Of a stretch of 64,000 nt of DNA, positions 63,300 through 64,000 are shown piece by piece. Position numbers and translations under genes: made by a program. The DNA comes from Malacoraja senta (Eukaryota), in contig JAXLNO010000073.1 of the NCBI GenBank assembly GCA_038087875.1, forward strand, positions 186,001 through 250,000, given 5' to 3'. Numbering within the stretch: the stretch's first letter is position 1; each line of letters starts with the position of its first letter. The notes beneath the pieces were generated by a model. That model worked only from the letters and a program-made list of their open reading frames with translations, did no database searches and was not told the origin of the DNA.

Positions 63300-63572
63300 G
63301 ATCTCGACTACGAGTGCTTGACTGTACGGAGTTGGTACGTTCTCCACGGTGACCACGTGGGTTTTCTCCGGCAGCTCCGGTTTCTAAACACACTCCAAAG
63401 ACGGACAGGTTGGCTTGGTATCAATGTAGAATTGACCCTAGTGTGCGTAGGATTGTGTTAATTTCCTGGGTCGCTGGTCTGTGCGGACTCGGTGGGCCGA
63501 AGGGCCTGGTTCCCCGCTGTATCTCAAAACTAAACTATACTAAACTGAACTAAACTAAACTAAACTAAACTA
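63300..63572 (+). mobile_element. SINE (HE1/V-SINE-like), 5' truncated
   Basis: Body homologous to 17340-17580; (TAAAC)n tail. Confidence 0.8.
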
Positions 63573-63583
63573 ATATCCAAGAG

Positions 63584-64000
63584 TCATTCACGCTGTTTAA
63601 ACATTTGAGCAATTAGGACCAGTGGGCATTTCATCAGGTTTTTCATCTCATTCCTGAATTTGGTCTGGATTATGGTATAAATAAATGTGTTTGTGCAGCA
63701 GCTGAGGAGAACCAACATGTATCCAGCCTCTTGGACAATGTACACAGGGTCGCTGTTACTCGTCTGGTCGTAATCGTTTGCAACTCGAATGTAGAGGTAA
63801 TGCGCTGCAGAGGTCGCCCACAAGAGGACGAAACTGCCGGATATGGTCAGAAGTAAGACGATAGATTTCTTCCGGTTCTCTGTCTCGCGGTCACTCTCGG
63901 CTTTGGAACGGAGGGCTTTGCGGATCCTGTCGGCCACCAAAATATGCTTCACTGTCAGCGCGTTGAAGAGGGAAATTAAAATCAGCGGCACAAACAGAGT
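63584..64000 (-). CDS. Second GPR139-like GPCR paralogue, TM5 to stop (partial; continues off right edge)
   Basis: VPLILISLFNALTVKHI, ENRKKSIVLLLTISGSFVLLW, LSCCTNTFIY, QTKFRNEMK align with the 10014 gene; frame open. Confidence 0.9.
   Translation of the reverse strand, partial: TLFVPLILISLFNALTVKHILVADRIRKALRSKAESDRETENRKKSIVLLLTISGSFVLLWATSAAHYLYIRVANDYDQTSNSDPVYIVQEAGYMLVLLSCCTNTFIYTIIQTKFRNEMKNLMKCPLVLIAQMFKQRE

Overview
Eukaryotic, vertebrate genomic DNA. The tRNA-headed HE1/V-SINE-like SINEs, the CR1 families and the GPR139-like receptors point to a cartilaginous fish (skate/ray/shark); this is inference. Most of the window is decayed, nested retroelements. The host genes are two minus-strand rhodopsin-class GPR139-like GPCR paralogues: an intact two-exon gene (12074-11900 + 10924-10014, 361 aa) and the 3' end of a second at the right edge. 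Mobile content: (1) an endogenous retrovirus-like element (1-4946, minus) with coiled-coil/CCHC gag, protease, YVDD RT, a degenerate RNase H tether plus a second RNase H, possibly lokiretrovirus/spuma-related, inserted just upstream of the 3' LTR of another ERV; (2) a BEL/Pao element whose 3' half lies in a 3385-bp tandem duplication and carries a CCA-ended tRNA-Asp copy between pol and the PPT, and whose complementary 5' half lies in the opposite orientation at 34.7-46.3 kb (probable inversion); (3) a near full-length L1 with nested L1 and Rex1 insertions; (4) a complete DIRS element with ICR and a nested solo LTR; (5) many CR1, Rex1/Babar and Penelope fragments, several carrying minimal hammerhead-ribozyme motifs. 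Boundaries of degraded repeats are by eye and approximate.
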